In this document: in pieces, positions 27,917-40,196 of the stretch
How the letters are laid out: each line of letters opens with the position of its first letter
Numbering within the stretch: position 1 is the stretch's first letter
NCBI GenBank assembly: GCA_964410505.1
Contig: CAYPGR010000001.1
Location: 2,320 to 66,319, forward strand
Source of the DNA: an uncultured Staphylococcaceae bacterium
GTDB lineage: Bacteria; Bacillota_I; Bacilli_A; RFN20; CAG-826
DNA length: 64,000 nt
Direction: 5' to 3'
Translations under genes and position numbers: made by a program
The notes under the pieces: generated by a model
What the model was told of the DNA's origin: nothing
What the model saw: the letters and a program-made list of their open reading frames with translations, nothing else
Databases searched by the model: none

Positions 27917-29431
27917 TTATAATACCTCTACCTTAATGGTTGCATAATCTTTCGTTAGACTCTTAATTTCAATGTCATAATTAAAGGCCGTACCATCATT
28001 GAAAACAAACGATTCAAAGTATGTTTTCCCGAAGTTATCGCCCGCTTTAAATAATGAATTTGCATTCGCTAGTTTTAAGTCCTTAGTAATATTACCACTT
28101 TCTTTGGGTTCGACAAGTTTGTAAAGTAAAAAATCTTTCATTGGGGCTTGATTGAGCGAACCGGAACTATTGGAATGGGCAAGAAACTCAACCCCTTCAT
28201 AGTCACCTTCAAAGTCATTGACGTAATAATAACGGTCAATTGTGCCTTCTTTAATCGCATAGGCGGTGCGGGCATCAACGTGATAAAGTTTGATCCCGTT
28301 TGCTTTTGGTAATTTAAAGGTCGCATTAAGCGAAGAGTCCTGGGTGTTTAGCGCAGTTGGCGTGTAATATTCAAGGAGAATGTATTCATCATTCGCGCGG
28401 TTATTCCACTCATTTTTCAGTAAAAGAAGGTCACCTGTTTCACTAAAAGGACGAAGTTTTATATCCCCACTTGAACGGACGACATAAGGCCTTGTCCAAT
28501 TAAGTAATAATTTCGAAAGCCCCGTGTGATCACCCACGGTGTAATCCATCATATCAAAGCCACCAAGGGGGGCGTAAGGATCATCGTAATTCGTATTATA
28601 ATAATCCGTTAATCCGAGTAAATGTCCGACCTCATGAATATAAGTGTGCGCATCTGGTTTTCGATAAACGTCAAGATTCATGTAATGGTAACTACTCCAC
28701 GAATACGCATTGGCTTGGGCATCAAGTCGGCTGTCAAGCCGGTTCATATACGCCGCAAAAGCCCAAAAGACATTATTATGTTCTTTCTTTTCATAAGGAT
28801 AGCCGTAAATGACATAGACAGCATCCACAATCCCGTCCTGATCTTGATCAAATTCACTTAATCGATCTGGAAAACGGGTTTGATACGCAAAAAGGGCGTG
28901 GTTGACAATCTTGGCGGTTTCATTTAGTTTATCGCCACTATTTCGGATCCGACTGCGAAGGGCATCAACCTCAAATTCGGAAGGAAGTGTAAACCAAGGG
29001 GCGACTTCACCACTTAGTTTCAATTTGCCATAACTTGATTCATCATAAAATCCGCTGACCGATCGCCAAGAGGTAAGGCGGTTTTCACCAAAGAAAGCAT
29101 TTTGAATATGTAAATGCGCTTCGGCGCCCTCTTTACCGTCTAATTCATTGAGTGAGTAATCGGGAAAAGCGACTGGCAATACAAGTATTTTTTGACTTCC
29201 TATTGAAGAAAGAGGCACGACTTTCGTGCTCGGGTTATCATTTGATTTGAGCACATCAATATATGGCTTAACAAGCGTACTCGGCTTATAATAATGGCCA
29301 AAATCCTCGGCTTCATACGTATCTTGATCAACAATTTTACTGGCATAAGGAAAAAAGGCCACCTTATAACTACACCCACTTAAGACCGTGAGTGCACTCA
29401 TAAATAAAATGACCTTTTTCTTTAAATTCAT
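27917..29431 (-). CDS. lipoprotein zinc metallopeptidase, M6/InhA-like, paralog 2 (most divergent)
   Basis: Lipobox LSGC and HEVGHLLGLTDYYN motif; 504 aa; 2-nt gap to paralog 1. Confidence 0.65.
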   Translation of the reverse strand: MNLKKKVILFMSALTVLSGCSYKVAFFPYASKIVDQDTYEAEDFGHYYKPSTLVKPYIDVLKSNDNPSTKVVPLSSIGSQKILVLPVAFPDYSLNELDGKEGAEAHLHIQNAFFGENRLTSWRSVSGFYDESSYGKLKLSGEVAPWFTLPSEFEVDALRSRIRNSGDKLNETAKIVNHALFAYQTRFPDRLSEFDQDQDGIVDAVYVIYGYPYEKKEHNNVFWAFAAYMNRLDSRLDAQANAYSWSSYHYMNLDVYRKPDAHTYIHEVGHLLGLTDYYNTNYDDPYAPLGGFDMMDYTVGDHTGLSKLLLNWTRPYVVRSSGDIKLRPFSETGDLLLLKNEWNNRANDEYILLEYYTPTALNTQDSSLNATFKLPKANGIKLYHVDARTAYAIKEGTIDRYYYVNDFEGDYEGVEFLAHSNSSGSLNQAPMKDFLLYKLVEPKESGNITKDLKLANANSLFKAGDNFGKTYFESFVFNDGTAFNYDIEIKSLTKDYATIKVEVL

Positions 29432-29445
29432 CTGTTTTTTACCAT

Positions 29446-29461
29446 CTATTAATATTAATAG
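29446..29461. repeat. perfect 16-bp palindrome CTATTAATATTAATAG between paralog 3 and paralog 2
   Basis: Exact self-complementarity read directly from the sequence. Confidence 0.9.
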
Positions 29462-29484
29462 ATTTCGGTAATAGTTGCAATGTA

Positions 29485-30984
29485 TTACGCTTTACGAATC
29501 GAAATCGTAACACTCTTATCATTCATGGCGCCAATCTCAATTGAATAACCAACGGCACTGCCGTCATTGAAGTAGGCACTTGATTGTAAGTATTGCTTCC
29601 AGTTATCAGCACTAATTTTAGCGCCTGATTGGAAGAGAGCAAGATTACCGGCGGCGGTTGGGGTTTTGAGCCAGTTACCGACTTTACTCGTTTGCCCTTG
29701 TGCATCAAGAAGGTGCAGTAGTTTAAACTTCGGATCGACACTACGGCTTGAGGTATTACTGGCCGCAATGGCGGAGTAACTCCATTCAGTTCCGACAATA
29801 TCATCGCTATATTCACTGCTTCTTAATTGTTCGGTCACGCTATCATACACATAAGTGACAACGCGTGAATCGACGTGCCAAATACGGACGCCGGATTCAG
29901 TAAAACCTTTAGTTCCTGAATTCGTTCCTTTGGTGACATAACCATTGCCACTGGAATCTTTCGCGTTTAATCCTGTTGGGGTGTAATATTCAATTAAGAT
30001 ATATTCATCATACGCATGTCCATTCCATCCGTCTTTAATAAGGATAAATTCACCACTTGATTCCGCTGGTTTAAGTTTAATCTTCGCATTGCCCGTGACG
30101 TAATATGGGGTTGACCAGTTAAGGCGGTATTTACTATACATATTGTGATCAATCACGTTATGATCCATCATATCGATCGAACCCGCCGGGGCAGTCGCAC
30201 TGTCATAATCATAATAATCAGGTAAACCTAAGACGTGCCCGGTTTCGTGAATAAAGGTATGGGCATCCGGTTTATCACTTGAATAACCAATGCCCTCAAG
30301 GGCGAATTCGTAACTGGCCCAAGCGTAAACGTTTGGGGTTGGTTTAGCCATATTTGGATATTGATTCCAATAAAATTTATAAGCCCAGAATGGATCACGG
30401 AAGGTCCCTTTATCACCTCCTAAAGCTTGAATTGGGGCGATGTAAACCATCCATAACGCATCGACGTGGCCGTCGCCATCTTTATCATAATCTTTTAAGA
30501 AATTAGCGTCATAGGTGTTATATAATCTTTCGATTAAATGGTGGGTTTGATCCCAGTAATAACCTTCGCCGTACCGTTGGAAGTTATCAACTTTAAAGTT
30601 ACCAACATCTTGGGTTGAGACATCAAAATGGAAATAAGGTTGCACTTCACCGGTCAATTTTAATTTGCCGTAACTTGATTTTTCATAAAATGATGAGACT
30701 GATTCCCACCCGGTTTCATCACTTTCACCAAAGAAGGTTTTTTCAATCATTTCATGGACACTTTCAGTCGCATATTGGACCGTATTCGTAAACGTTACGG
30801 GCACGACTAAAATGTTTTGTTCGCCGACGGAATCAAGGGCCGTCATGCCAATGGCATCATCTAGGGCGCGGTTAGAATAGTTTGGGGTCTTGGCTAATTC
30901 ATAATTGCCGCCACCAAGCACACAACCTGTTAGTAAGGCCACAATGGGGAGCAAAATTAATTTACTAGAGTTTTTAAAAGTCAT
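29485..30984 (-). CDS. lipoprotein zinc metallopeptidase, M6/InhA-like, paralog 3
   Basis: Start re-assigned to the ATG at 30984 (MTFKNSSKLILLPIVALLTGC) with an AAAGGA ribosome-binding site; the ORF-track start at 31008 is GTG. HETGHVLGLPDYYDYD motif. C-terminus closely resembles paralog 1. Confidence 0.65.
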   Translation of the reverse strand: MTFKNSSKLILLPIVALLTGCVLGGGNYELAKTPNYSNRALDDAIGMTALDSVGEQNILVVPVTFTNTVQYATESVHEMIEKTFFGESDETGWESVSSFYEKSSYGKLKLTGEVQPYFHFDVSTQDVGNFKVDNFQRYGEGYYWDQTHHLIERLYNTYDANFLKDYDKDGDGHVDALWMVYIAPIQALGGDKGTFRDPFWAYKFYWNQYPNMAKPTPNVYAWASYEFALEGIGYSSDKPDAHTFIHETGHVLGLPDYYDYDSATAPAGSIDMMDHNVIDHNMYSKYRLNWSTPYYVTGNAKIKLKPAESSGEFILIKDGWNGHAYDEYILIEYYTPTGLNAKDSSGNGYVTKGTNSGTKGFTESGVRIWHVDSRVVTYVYDSVTEQLRSSEYSDDIVGTEWSYSAIAASNTSSRSVDPKFKLLHLLDAQGQTSKVGNWLKTPTAAGNLALFQSGAKISADNWKQYLQSSAYFNDGSAVGYSIEIGAMNDKSVTISIRKA

Positions 30985-31081
30985 AGATTTAGTCCTTTCG
31001 TTAATCACGCAATTATAACATGCACGTGGATATATTATATAGATTTTTTTGGGTGATGGCCATGAAACCGGTTTCTAGCAT

Positions 31082-31112
31082 AAAAAAAGAGTGACGATTG
31101 AATTCGTCACCC
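31082..31112 (-). terminator. rho-independent terminator after rpoC
   Basis: Minus strand: GTGACGA-attcaa-TCGTCAC followed by TCTTTTTTT. Confidence 0.75.
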
Positions 31113-31137
31113 TTTATAATTTGGTCTTTATGACTGC

Positions 31138-34100
31138 TTATTTGTTGTCGTAACTCCGTTTAATTCGGTTGAGGGTTGACGCGACGCTGAAGTCTTCAAG
31201 GATTGCTTCTTGATCTTCAACGCTTAAGATGCCGCGACCCGCGGGAATTAACCGGCCGGTAATGACATTTTCTTTTAAGCCAACAAGTGGATCAACTTTG
31301 CCTTTAATTGTGGCATCCGTTAAGATTTTGGTCGTTTCTTGGAAACTGGCCGCACTTAAGAAGGAGTCACTTGCAAGGGCACTTGATTTAATACCGAGAA
31401 TGAGTGGGGTTGCCACGGCTGGACGGACACCATTAATGAGGGCATCACGGTTTGCAGCGGTGAATTGTTGGGTTGTAACCCGTGAACCAGCAAGAAGCGC
31501 AGTATCACCACCATCGACGATATAAACGCGATTTAGCATTTGATTAATAATAATCTCTAAGTGCTTATCGCTAATCCGTACCGAAGCACTAATTCGATAG
31601 ACTTTTTGAACTTCGTTGAGAATATAATTTTGGACTGCGGTCACGTTGCTAACAGCGAGTAATTCACGTGGGTGAATGGCCCCTTCTGTCAGACGTTCGC
31701 CGTTTTTAATAAAGTCACCTTTTTTAACCCGTAATTGTTGACCGTATTCGGTAACATAGGATTTTTCTTCAAGTTCGTTACGGACCGTCACGGTAAAGCG
31801 ACGATCTTCTTGAATGACTTCAACGATTTCACCAGCGATATCACTAATTTTAGCTTTACCTTTTGGATTACGGCTTTCAAAGAGTTCTTGGACCCGTGGT
31901 AACCCTTGGGTCACGTCTTCAACTTGAGCAACCCCACCACTGTGGAATGTTCTCATCGTTAATTGGGTTCCTGGTTCACCGATTGATTGGGCAGCCATGA
32001 TACCGACGGCTTCGCCAACTTTGACGACTTCGCCAGTGGCAAGGTTAATCCCATAACAGTGCGCACAAATACCTGATTTAGCTTCACAACCAAAGAGCGA
32101 GCGAATTTCAACTTCTTTGACCCCGGCACTTTCAATGTATTGGGCAGCATCATTGTTAATGAGGGTATTTTCTTCAATAATCACTTCACCAGTTTCTGGG
32201 TGAATGATATCTTTGACGGTATAACGACCTCTAATCCGGTCACTTAATGGAACAGCCGGAGCATCTTTTTCGCGAACGCGAATTTCACTAACAACGAAGC
32301 CGTGGTCACTACCACAGTCGATTTCGGTGACAATCACGTTTTGGGCAACGTCGACTAACCGACGGGTTAAGTAACCTGAGTCAGCCGTCTTAATCGCCGT
32401 GTCCGCACCACCCTTACGGGAACCATGTGAGGCAATGAAGAATTCGCTAACGCTAATCCCTTCACGGAAGTTTGATTTAATTGGAATTTCAATCTCGCCA
32501 CCACGTGGTGAAGCCATTAAGCCCCGTAACCCCTTAAGTTGCAAGAAGTTCGTGGTTTTACCTCTGGCACCACTATCGAACATGATGTAGAGCGGATTTC
32601 GTTTATCTTTCGGGAATTGTTCTTTAAGTTTGGTTTCAACGGTGTCTTTGACGCCTTTCCACACGTTAATAACGGCAGAATAGCGTTCTTTTTCACTATA
32701 GAGACCACGAGCAGCGGCTTTATTGATGGCACGAACTTCGACTTCACCTTGGGAAATCAGTTCTTCTTTACCAACGATTGGGGTAATGTCTGCAAGACTG
32801 ACCGTTAACCCAGCTTTGGTTGAATATTTGAACCCTTGGTCTTTAATTTTATCGAGGATCGCACTGGTCTTGACCGTGCCGTAGCGGGTAAAGACTTCAT
32901 TAATAATTAACCCTAAGAATTCTTGGTTGATTGGGTTACGAATTGCTTGTTTTGCAATGTGTTCTTTAATGTTTGTACCAGATGGAACGAAGTACTCCAC
33001 TTTGTTCATTTGGAGTGAGCCACGGTTTGGTTCATTAATATAAGGGAAGTCTTCAGGGAAGATGGTGTTAAAGATGGCTTTACCAACACTTGTAATGAGG
33101 TATGATTTATTCATTTCTGGGGTAAAGAGCGCTTTATTAAAGGCTTGACCACGCATCGCAATCCGGTTATGGAGGTGGATGTTGTTGGTGCCATAAGCCA
33201 CCATTAATTCATCAAAGGAGGCAAAGACTTTTCCTTCTGCTTCCGCAAATTGACGGAATTTTTCCGCGCCGACTTTATCACCAAGTGCTTCACTTTCCGC
33301 AGCGCGAGCTAAGAAGTCTTCTTTTGTTTTTTCAACGGTTAAGAAGTAGTTCCCAATAACCATGTCTTGGGATGGGGCAGCGATTGGCTTACCATCTTTT
33401 GGTCCAAGGATGTTTTTGCTTGCTAGCATGAGGTTGAGTGCTTCTTCTTGAGCCGCTTTTGAAAGTGGGACGTGAACCGCCATTTGGTCACCATCGAAGT
33501 CGGCGTTAAAGCCCGCACAAACGAGGGGGTGTAAACGGATAGCGCGACCACTCACAAGGACCGGTTGGAACGCTTGAATCCCTAAACGGTGAAGGGTCGG
33601 GGCGCGGTTGAGTAAGACTGGGTGATCGGCGATGATTTCTTCAATAATATCGAAGACGACTTCATCTTGACGATCAATAACCCGGTCTGCTTGGGTGTGG
33701 TTACTAATATTTAAGTCGCGTTCAATGAGTTCAGCAGCGATAAATGGACGGAATAATTGAATGGCCATTTCGCGTGGAATCCCACATTGATACATTTTAA
33801 GTTCTGGACCGACGGCGATAACGCTACGGCCTGAATAGTCAACCCGTTTACCGAGTAAGTTTTGACGAAAACGACCTTGTTTTCCTTTTAGGCTTGAGCT
33901 TAAGGATTTAAGCGGACGTTTGTTGGCGCCGGTGTATGGTTTACCGCGACGGCCATTGTCAATGAGACTATCAACGGCTTCTTGAAGCATCCGTTGCCCG
34001 TTCATTAAAATAACTTTCGGGGCGTTCATTTGCACAAGGGCTTTATAGCGGTTATTACGGCTAATGACACGGCGATATAGATCGTTAATGTCACTTGTTG

Positions 34101-34992
34101 CGTAACGACCACCATCAAGTTGAAGCATCGGCCGTAAATCTGGTGGGATGACGGGAATGACATCTAAGATCATCCATTCTGGACGATTGCCACTTTTGAG
34201 GAAGGCATCAATCACTTCAAGCCGTTTAAGAAGTTTCTTTTCCTTATTTTTGCTTTCGGTTTTAAGTTGTTCGTTGACTGCATCAAATTCGGCTTGTAAG
34301 TCGATTTGTTTGAGTAATTGTTTAATGACTTCAGCCCCTTCACCAAATTTAGCACCCGTATGTTTGCTAATATAGCGTGAGGTGGCGAAGAAGTCGAATG
34401 TTTGCGTCACTTCTAAGCGTTCAAGGAGTTCACTCCCTTTCGCGTGTTCAAAACTACCTTCTTCAATTGTTTCTTGAATTTCTTTGATCGCTTCAGCAAA
34501 AACCGCACGACCAGTAGTTTCATCGATAAATTGCTTATAGTAGAGCACACCACTCGTTCCTGGATCAAGCACGATATGGCTAATAAAGTAGACGATTTCT
34601 TCAAGTTGTTTGGCAGGGATGTCTAGTAAGGTTGCAATCCGTGCCGGGGTGCCTTTTAAGTACCAGATATGGGTACATGGGCTAGCGAGTTCAATATGGC
34701 CCATTCTTTCCCGACGGACGTATTTGGAAATGACTTCAACGCCACATTTTTCACAAACCGTACCGCGGTGACGAATTTTCCGATATTTACCGCAATGACA
34801 TTCATAATCTTTGCTTGGTCCAAAAATACGTTCACAGAATAAACCATCTAATTCCGGTTTTTGACTCCGGTAGTTGACGGTTTCTGGTTTGGTAATTTCA
34901 CCATTGGACCATTCGCGAATTTTGTCTGGGGAAGCAAGACCAATTTTGACACTTGCTAAGTTATTAATATGAAATGGTTCTTTTCTTGCCAT
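31138..34992 (-). CDS. rpoC: DNA-directed RNA polymerase subunit beta'
   Basis: 1284 aa; [12 protein letters not shown] catalytic motif; zinc-binding cysteines. Confidence 0.98.
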   Translation of the reverse strand: MARKEPFHINNLASVKIGLASPDKIREWSNGEITKPETVNYRSQKPELDGLFCERIFGPSKDYECHCGKYRKIRHRGTVCEKCGVEVISKYVRRERMGHIELASPCTHIWYLKGTPARIATLLDIPAKQLEEIVYFISHIVLDPGTSGVLYYKQFIDETTGRAVFAEAIKEIQETIEEGSFEHAKGSELLERLEVTQTFDFFATSRYISKHTGAKFGEGAEVIKQLLKQIDLQAEFDAVNEQLKTESKNKEKKLLKRLEVIDAFLKSGNRPEWMILDVIPVIPPDLRPMLQLDGGRYATSDINDLYRRVISRNNRYKALVQMNAPKVILMNGQRMLQEAVDSLIDNGRRGKPYTGANKRPLKSLSSSLKGKQGRFRQNLLGKRVDYSGRSVIAVGPELKMYQCGIPREMAIQLFRPFIAAELIERDLNISNHTQADRVIDRQDEVVFDIIEEIIADHPVLLNRAPTLHRLGIQAFQPVLVSGRAIRLHPLVCAGFNADFDGDQMAVHVPLSKAAQEEALNLMLASKNILGPKDGKPIAAPSQDMVIGNYFLTVEKTKEDFLARAAESEALGDKVGAEKFRQFAEAEGKVFASFDELMVAYGTNNIHLHNRIAMRGQAFNKALFTPEMNKSYLITSVGKAIFNTIFPEDFPYINEPNRGSLQMNKVEYFVPSGTNIKEHIAKQAIRNPINQEFLGLIINEVFTRYGTVKTSAILDKIKDQGFKYSTKAGLTVSLADITPIVGKEELISQGEVEVRAINKAAARGLYSEKERYSAVINVWKGVKDTVETKLKEQFPKDKRNPLYIMFDSGARGKTTNFLQLKGLRGLMASPRGGEIEIPIKSNFREGISVSEFFIASHGSRKGGADTAIKTADSGYLTRRLVDVAQNVIVTEIDCGSDHGFVVSEIRVREKDAPAVPLSDRIRGRYTVKDIIHPETGEVIIEENTLINNDAAQYIESAGVKEVEIRSLFGCEAKSGICAHCYGINLATGEVVKVGEAVGIMAAQSIGEPGTQLTMRTFHSGGVAQVEDVTQGLPRVQELFESRNPKGKAKISDIAGEIVEVIQEDRRFTVTVRNELEEKSYVTEYGQQLRVKKGDFIKNGERLTEGAIHPRELLAVSNVTAVQNYILNEVQKVYRISASVRISDKHLEIIINQMLNRVYIVDGGDTALLAGSRVTTQQFTAANRDALINGVRPAVATPLILGIKSSALASDSFLSAASFQETTKILTDATIKGKVDPLVGLKENVITGRLIPAGRGILSVEDQEAILEDFSVASTLNRIKRSYDNK

Positions 34993-34994
34993 AA

Positions 34995-37900
34995 TTATTC
35001 ATCCCCTCCTTTATCTTCACTCGTATAGATGACACTTGTTTCTTCTTGATCGAAGACGACTTCTTCATCACGAGCGACACTAGCGCGTCGGCTCCGACGA
35101 ATATCGGCATCTTGATCTTTCGCAAGTTCATCAAGATCGAGGATTTCACCATCTTTGGTGCGTAATTCGACATCAATCGCTAACCCTTGTAATTCACGGG
35201 TTAACACTTTAAAGGCTTCTGGGATTCCTGGTGTTGGTAAATCATAACCTTTAACAATCGCTTCATAAGCACGTTTACGACCGACACGGTCATCACTCTT
35301 AATCGTTAAGATTTCTTGGAGAATGTTGGCAGCGCCATAAGCTTCAAGCGCCCACACTTCCATTTCCCCGAACCGTTGACCACCGTTTTGTGCTTTACCG
35401 CCTAATGGTTGTTGGGTGACTAAGCTATAAGGACCGGTTGCCCGTGCGTGTAATTTATCATCGACCATGTGGACGAGTTTAATTAAATACATGACACCAA
35501 CACTAATCCGTTCATCAAAACGTTCACCAGTGCGGCCATCAAATAAGATTTCTTTACCGTCTTTATGCATCTTGGCTTCTTCCATGAGTTCAAAGATTTC
35601 ATCATTGGTGATGCCATCAAAGACTGGGGTTGCAATTTTAACGCCAAGTTTTTTACAGGCCATCCCTAAGTGCAACTCAAGAATTTGACCAATGTTCATT
35701 CGGCTTGGAACCCCAAGTGGGTTAAGCATGATATCGATTGGGGTGCCGTCTTCCATAAATGGCATATCCGCTTCAGGTAAGATTCGGGAAATAACCCCTT
35801 TATTACCGTGCCGTCCGCTCATCTTGTCGCCTTCGCTAATTTTGCGTTTTTGGCCGATGAAGACACTGACACTAATTTCAATATTTGGACCTAATTCATC
35901 GCCGGCTTCACGGGTAAATACTTTCACGTCGATAACGGTACCGCCGCCACCATGTGGGACACGAAGCGAGGTATCTTTTACTTCTTTTACTTTATCATTG
36001 AAGATGGTTTGTAAGAGACGATCTTCTGGGCTTTGTTCACGTTGTCCTTTCGGAGTGACGCGGCCGACTAAGATATCGCCTTCTTTAACTTCTGCACCAG
36101 GAACAATAATGCCGTCTTCATCAAGGAACGCTTTCGCCGCTTCACTCACGTTTGGAATGTCACGGGTAATTCTTTCTTCGACAGTTTTAATTTTCCGGGC
36201 TTCAATTTTATATTCTTCAATATGAATGGTCGTATAAACATCTTCTTTGACTAAACGATCACTCATAATGACCGCGTCTTCGAAGTTATAGCCATCCCAC
36301 GTCATAAAGGCGAGGGTGACGTTACGTCCTAAAGCAAGTTCACCGTTTTGCATCGATGGACCATCGGCGACGACTTGACCTTTTTTAATTTTTTGGCCAA
36401 CCTTAACGACTGGGACTTGATTGAAGCAAGTACCTTGGTTACTGCGGGCAAATTTTTGAAGTGGGTAAGTGTAGTCACTACCATCTTCGTTTTTAACACG
36501 GATATTCGCACCATCAACATAGGTGACCACGGCATCGGCACGCGCAATAACGGCTGAGCCTGAGTCATGGGCAACTTTGGTTTCTAGACCCGTACCAACA
36601 TAAGGTGATTCTGGGACGAGCAGTGGTAAGGCTTGACGTTGCATGTTTGCACCCATCAAGGCCCGCATCGCATCATCGTTTTCTAAGAACGGAATGGAAG
36701 CGGCAGCGATACTGACGATTTGTTTTGGTGAGACGTCGATGAAGTCAACTTTATCGGGACTCACTAAGATATTGACGCCATGTTGACGGGCAATAATTTC
36801 TTGGGTTTGAATGACGCCATTTTCATCAATTTGGACGTTTGCTTCAGCAATAACGAATTCCTTTTCGGTATCCGCATCTAAATAAACTGTTTCGTTGGTG
36901 ACTTGGCCAAAGCCTTTAATCACTTTACGATAAGGTGTTTCTAGGAATCCATATTTATTAATTTTGGCATAGCAGGCTAAGTTATTAATAAGCCCAATGT
37001 TTTGACCTTCAGGGGTTTCAACTGGACAGATACGGCCATAGTGACTATAGTGGACGTCACGGACGTCAAAGCTTGCACGATCACGCGTTAAACCGCCAGG
37101 TCCAAGCGCACTAATCCGGCGTTTGTTGGTCAGTTCCGCAAGCGGGTTGACTTGATCCATGAATTGGCTTAATTGACTTGTCGCAAAGAAATCACGAATG
37201 GCACTTGCAACGGCCCGCGTATTAACTAATTTTTGAGCGGTGATGGTTTCGGTGTCAGCAATGGAAGAAGAGTCTTTCATGGCTTTGACCATTTTACTTA
37301 AACCAACCCGGAATTGATTTTGAATGAGTTCGCCAACTGGGCGAATACGACGATTACTTAAATGATCGATATCATCGACATTGCCAATGCCGTACATAAT
37401 GTTTAAAAAGTAAGAGAAAATCGCAGCGATATCAGGGGTCGTTACTCTTTTTTCTTCAATGTTAAGATCGGTACCAATAATATTAATCGATTTCGTTCTT
37501 TCGTCATTGATGTAAGCGGCGACGATATTAACATTATTATACTTATCTAAGTCTTCGTTATAAGGAATGGTGTAGGTATGGGCACCTTTTTCAAAAAACT
37601 TGAGGTTGCGTAATTTATCAACATCAGCTTTTTTTAGTTGTTCACCTTTGCTAAACATAATTTCGCCATCCGCACTCACGAGATCTTCCGCAAGGATGAT
37701 GCCTTCAAGCCGTTCATAAATCCCGAGCTTTTTAGCGAATTTAAAGCGACCCGCTTTTCCTAAGTCATAACGTTTGGCGTCAAAGAACTTTTGAATGAGG
37801 TGGTTTTTAACCCCTTCATCACTTGTTGGTTCACCGGGTTTTAGTTTTTTGAAAATCTCATAGAGGGCTTCACGCTTACTTGTAAAAGCTTCGTCTTTAC

Positions 37901-38615
37901 GAAGGGTAATTTCAAGCGGCGTCATTTCCTCTTCAATCATTTTCTTATTTTTTGAGGTCCGCACTTGTTTGACATCAAAGAGGTCAAGCGTTTCTTGATA
38001 ATCGGTCATGCCGAGCGCTTTAAGGAAAAGCGTTGCATTCATTTTCCGTTGTTTATCAATTCGGACACTTAAGAGTCCTTTAGCGTCATTTTCAAAGTTG
38101 AGCCACGTTCCGCGGGTTGGATTTAAGTCGGCATTATAAATATATTTACCAGACTTCGTATCAAGTTCCTTTGAGAGGTATGCCCCTGGAGAACGGACAA
38201 TTTGCGAAACGATGACCCGTTCAGCACCATTAATCACAAAGGTGCCTGAATCGGTCATGAGTGGAATATCACCCATAAAGATTTCGCTTTCAATGATTTC
38301 ACCGGTTTTCTTTAAGCCAAGTGCGAGTTTAACCCGCAGTGGCGCGGCAAAGGTGAAACCACGATCTTTACATTCTAAATAGTTATATTTTGGTTCATCG
38401 AAACGGAAGCCGTTAAACGATATTTCGATGTCTCTACTATAGGATTCAACCGGGAAGACTTCATTGAAGACTTCGGCAATCCCTTCATTTTTAAACCACG
38501 CAAAGGAGTCAAGTTGAACTTCAACGAGATTTGGCATCTCAAAGTTGCCACTAATCTTGGAAAAATCAACCCGGTCATTGTGTAGTCGTCTGTTTTTGTC
38601 TTTAATTGTTTTCAT
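34995..38615 (-). CDS. rpoB: DNA-directed RNA polymerase subunit beta
   Basis: 1206 aa; conserved beta-subunit blocks ([13 protein letters not shown], ...). Confidence 0.98.
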   Translation of the reverse strand: MKTIKDKNRRLHNDRVDFSKISGNFEMPNLVEVQLDSFAWFKNEGIAEVFNEVFPVESYSRDIEISFNGFRFDEPKYNYLECKDRGFTFAAPLRVKLALGLKKTGEIIESEIFMGDIPLMTDSGTFVINGAERVIVSQIVRSPGAYLSKELDTKSGKYIYNADLNPTRGTWLNFENDAKGLLSVRIDKQRKMNATLFLKALGMTDYQETLDLFDVKQVRTSKNKKMIEEEMTPLEITLRKDEAFTSKREALYEIFKKLKPGEPTSDEGVKNHLIQKFFDAKRYDLGKAGRFKFAKKLGIYERLEGIILAEDLVSADGEIMFSKGEQLKKADVDKLRNLKFFEKGAHTYTIPYNEDLDKYNNVNIVAAYINDERTKSINIIGTDLNIEEKRVTTPDIAAIFSYFLNIMYGIGNVDDIDHLSNRRIRPVGELIQNQFRVGLSKMVKAMKDSSSIADTETITAQKLVNTRAVASAIRDFFATSQLSQFMDQVNPLAELTNKRRISALGPGGLTRDRASFDVRDVHYSHYGRICPVETPEGQNIGLINNLACYAKINKYGFLETPYRKVIKGFGQVTNETVYLDADTEKEFVIAEANVQIDENGVIQTQEIIARQHGVNILVSPDKVDFIDVSPKQIVSIAAASIPFLENDDAMRALMGANMQRQALPLLVPESPYVGTGLETKVAHDSGSAVIARADAVVTYVDGANIRVKNEDGSDYTYPLQKFARSNQGTCFNQVPVVKVGQKIKKGQVVADGPSMQNGELALGRNVTLAFMTWDGYNFEDAVIMSDRLVKEDVYTTIHIEEYKIEARKIKTVEERITRDIPNVSEAAKAFLDEDGIIVPGAEVKEGDILVGRVTPKGQREQSPEDRLLQTIFNDKVKEVKDTSLRVPHGGGGTVIDVKVFTREAGDELGPNIEISVSVFIGQKRKISEGDKMSGRHGNKGVISRILPEADMPFMEDGTPIDIMLNPLGVPSRMNIGQILELHLGMACKKLGVKIATPVFDGITNDEIFELMEEAKMHKDGKEILFDGRTGERFDERISVGVMYLIKLVHMVDDKLHARATGPYSLVTQQPLGGKAQNGGQRFGEMEVWALEAYGAANILQEILTIKSDDRVGRKRAYEAIVKGYDLPTPGIPEAFKVLTRELQGLAIDVELRTKDGEILDLDELAKDQDADIRRSRRASVARDEEVVFDQEETSVIYTSEDKGGDE

Positions 38616-38642
38616 AAATGGCCTCTCTTTACTTAAATTTTG

Positions 38643-39239
38643 TTACTTAAATGCCACATATACGTAGAACCCAGCATCTTTCGTCAGTTGTTCAACACGT
38701 GAATAGTGTTCCCCAACATACTTAGCAGCGCTTTTGGCACCATGGGATTTACGAATGACAAACATAAGTTTTCCGCCATCAGTTAAATAGTCTTTGGCCG
38801 CACTAAGGAGTGGATAGTAGACATCTTTTCCAGCTCGGATCGGTGGGTTGATTACTATAAGATCGAATGAATGTTTAGGAAGCGCCTGATAGTTATTCGC
38901 AACATAAACATGAGCGTTAGTGATATTGTTTTTGAGGATGTTTTCAGTGGTGAGCGTAACCGCTCTTTCATTGACATCGAAGAGGGTTACTTTTGTGTCA
39001 CTGTAGCGCTTCGCCAAATAGAGCCCAAGCGTCCCGTAGCCGCAGCCAACATCTAGGATGTGGCCACTAACCTCGGACTTGAGAACTGTTTTAAGAAGTA
39101 CGACAGAACCTTCATCGATTTCACGATTACTGAAGACACCTTTATCACTAAGAAGCACCAAATTTGTACCAGATAAAGATAATTCTAGTGTTTTAATCTG
39201 ATGATTAAGACTCGGATCATTATCGAAATATTGACTCAA
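38643..39239 (-). CDS. class I SAM-dependent methyltransferase, YbxB/RsmC small-domain type
   Basis: VLDVGCGYG SAM-binding motif and NPP motif; positioned between rplL and rpoB exactly as Bacillus subtilis ybxB. Confidence 0.75.
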   Translation of the reverse strand: MSQYFDNDPSLNHQIKTLELSLSGTNLVLLSDKGVFSNREIDEGSVVLLKTVLKSEVSGHILDVGCGYGTLGLYLAKRYSDTKVTLFDVNERAVTLTTENILKNNITNAHVYVANNYQALPKHSFDLIVINPPIRAGKDVYYPLLSAAKDYLTDGGKLMFVIRKSHGAKSAAKYVGEHYSRVEQLTKDAGFYVYVAFK

Positions 39240-39261
39240 ATTGGACCTCTTTTAAATGCAC

Positions 39262-39291
39262 GAAAACCCACAAACAGAATTGTGGGTCTTC
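39262..39291 (-). terminator. partial terminator/attenuator hairpin between rplL and rpoB
   Basis: CCCACAA-n6-TTGTGGG core, extendable to about 11 bp with one mismatch; weak T-tract. Confidence 0.45.
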
Positions 39292-39309
39292 GCACGTAAA
39301 TTTTGTAGG

Positions 39310-39687
39310 TTACTTAATTTCAACTTCAGCACCAGCTTCGACGAGAGCTTTTTTATGTTCTTCGGCTTCAACAGGTGAGATTTTTTCTTTGATGTTAACT
39401 GGTGCACCATCGACGAGTTTCTTGGCATCCATAAGGCCTAAGCCGGTAATACCTTGAACAACTTTGATGACGGCAACTTTACTTGCACCCCAGTGTTTGA
39501 GCACTAAGTTGACTTCGGTTGGTCCTTTGTCGACTGGGCCATCATCTTCAACGACGGCTGGGCCACCAACTGCGACGGCAGCGGTAACACCAAATTCTTC
39601 TTCGACTGCTTTGACTAAGTCATTTAATTCTAAGACTGTCATTTCTTTTAATGACGCGATAATTTCTGTAACGGTAAGTTTTGCCAT
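39310..39687 (-). CDS. rplL: 50S ribosomal protein L7/L12
   Basis: 125 aa; [34 protein letters not shown]. Confidence 0.97.
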   Translation of the reverse strand: MAKLTVTEIIASLKEMTVLELNDLVKAVEEEFGVTAAVAVGGPAVVEDDGPVDKGPTEVNLVLKHWGASKVAVIKVVQGITGLGLMDAKKLVDGAPVNIKEKISPVEAEEHKKALVEAGAEVEIK

Positions 39688-39713
39688 TTTGTGTTTCCTC
39701 CTTGGGCAATTAT

Positions 39714-40196
39714 TTATCTTTCGGCAACCGCTTTAACTGTAGCGGCAAATTTTTGAATTGGTGCGTTTAACACCGATAAGAACATTGAGATCATGCCATC
39801 GCGGTTTGGTAATTTGCTAATGACTTTTACTTGATCACCATCGACTACCCGACCTTCGAATAGACCACCCTTAATTTCAACTTCATCATTGAAGCGGGCA
39901 AATTTAGTGATAATCCGTGCACCAGTACTCACGTCTTTACTGAATAAGAACGCGTTTGGTCCGGTTAAATATTCATTTAATTCGGATTTTCCTAATTTGT
40001 CAGCCGCACGTTCAACAAGGGAGTTTTTATAAATCGCCATTGAAGCACCTTCGGCCCGTAATGCGCGTCTTAATTCCATCAGTTTCGCCACACCAAGACC
40101 ATGATATTCAAAGACGATCATACTCGCATTGTCTTTGGCAAGTTCGTAAACTTCATTGACAACTGCTTCTTTTGCGATGATATTTTTTTGATTCAT
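39714..40196 (-). CDS. rplJ: 50S ribosomal protein L10
   Basis: 160 aa; position and sequence conservation. Confidence 0.93.
   Translation of the reverse strand: MNQKNIIAKEAVVNEVYELAKDNASMIVFEYHGLGVAKLMELRRALRAEGASMAIYKNSLVERAADKLGKSELNEYLTGPNAFLFSKDVSTGARIITKFARFNDEVEIKGGLFEGRVVDGDQVKVISKLPNRDGMISMFLSVLNAPIQKFAATVKAVAER

Noticed and set aside
35692-36225. 177-aa plus-strand ORF
   Set aside because: Antisense to the middle of rpoB. Ser/Pro-rich nonsense translation; no start context.
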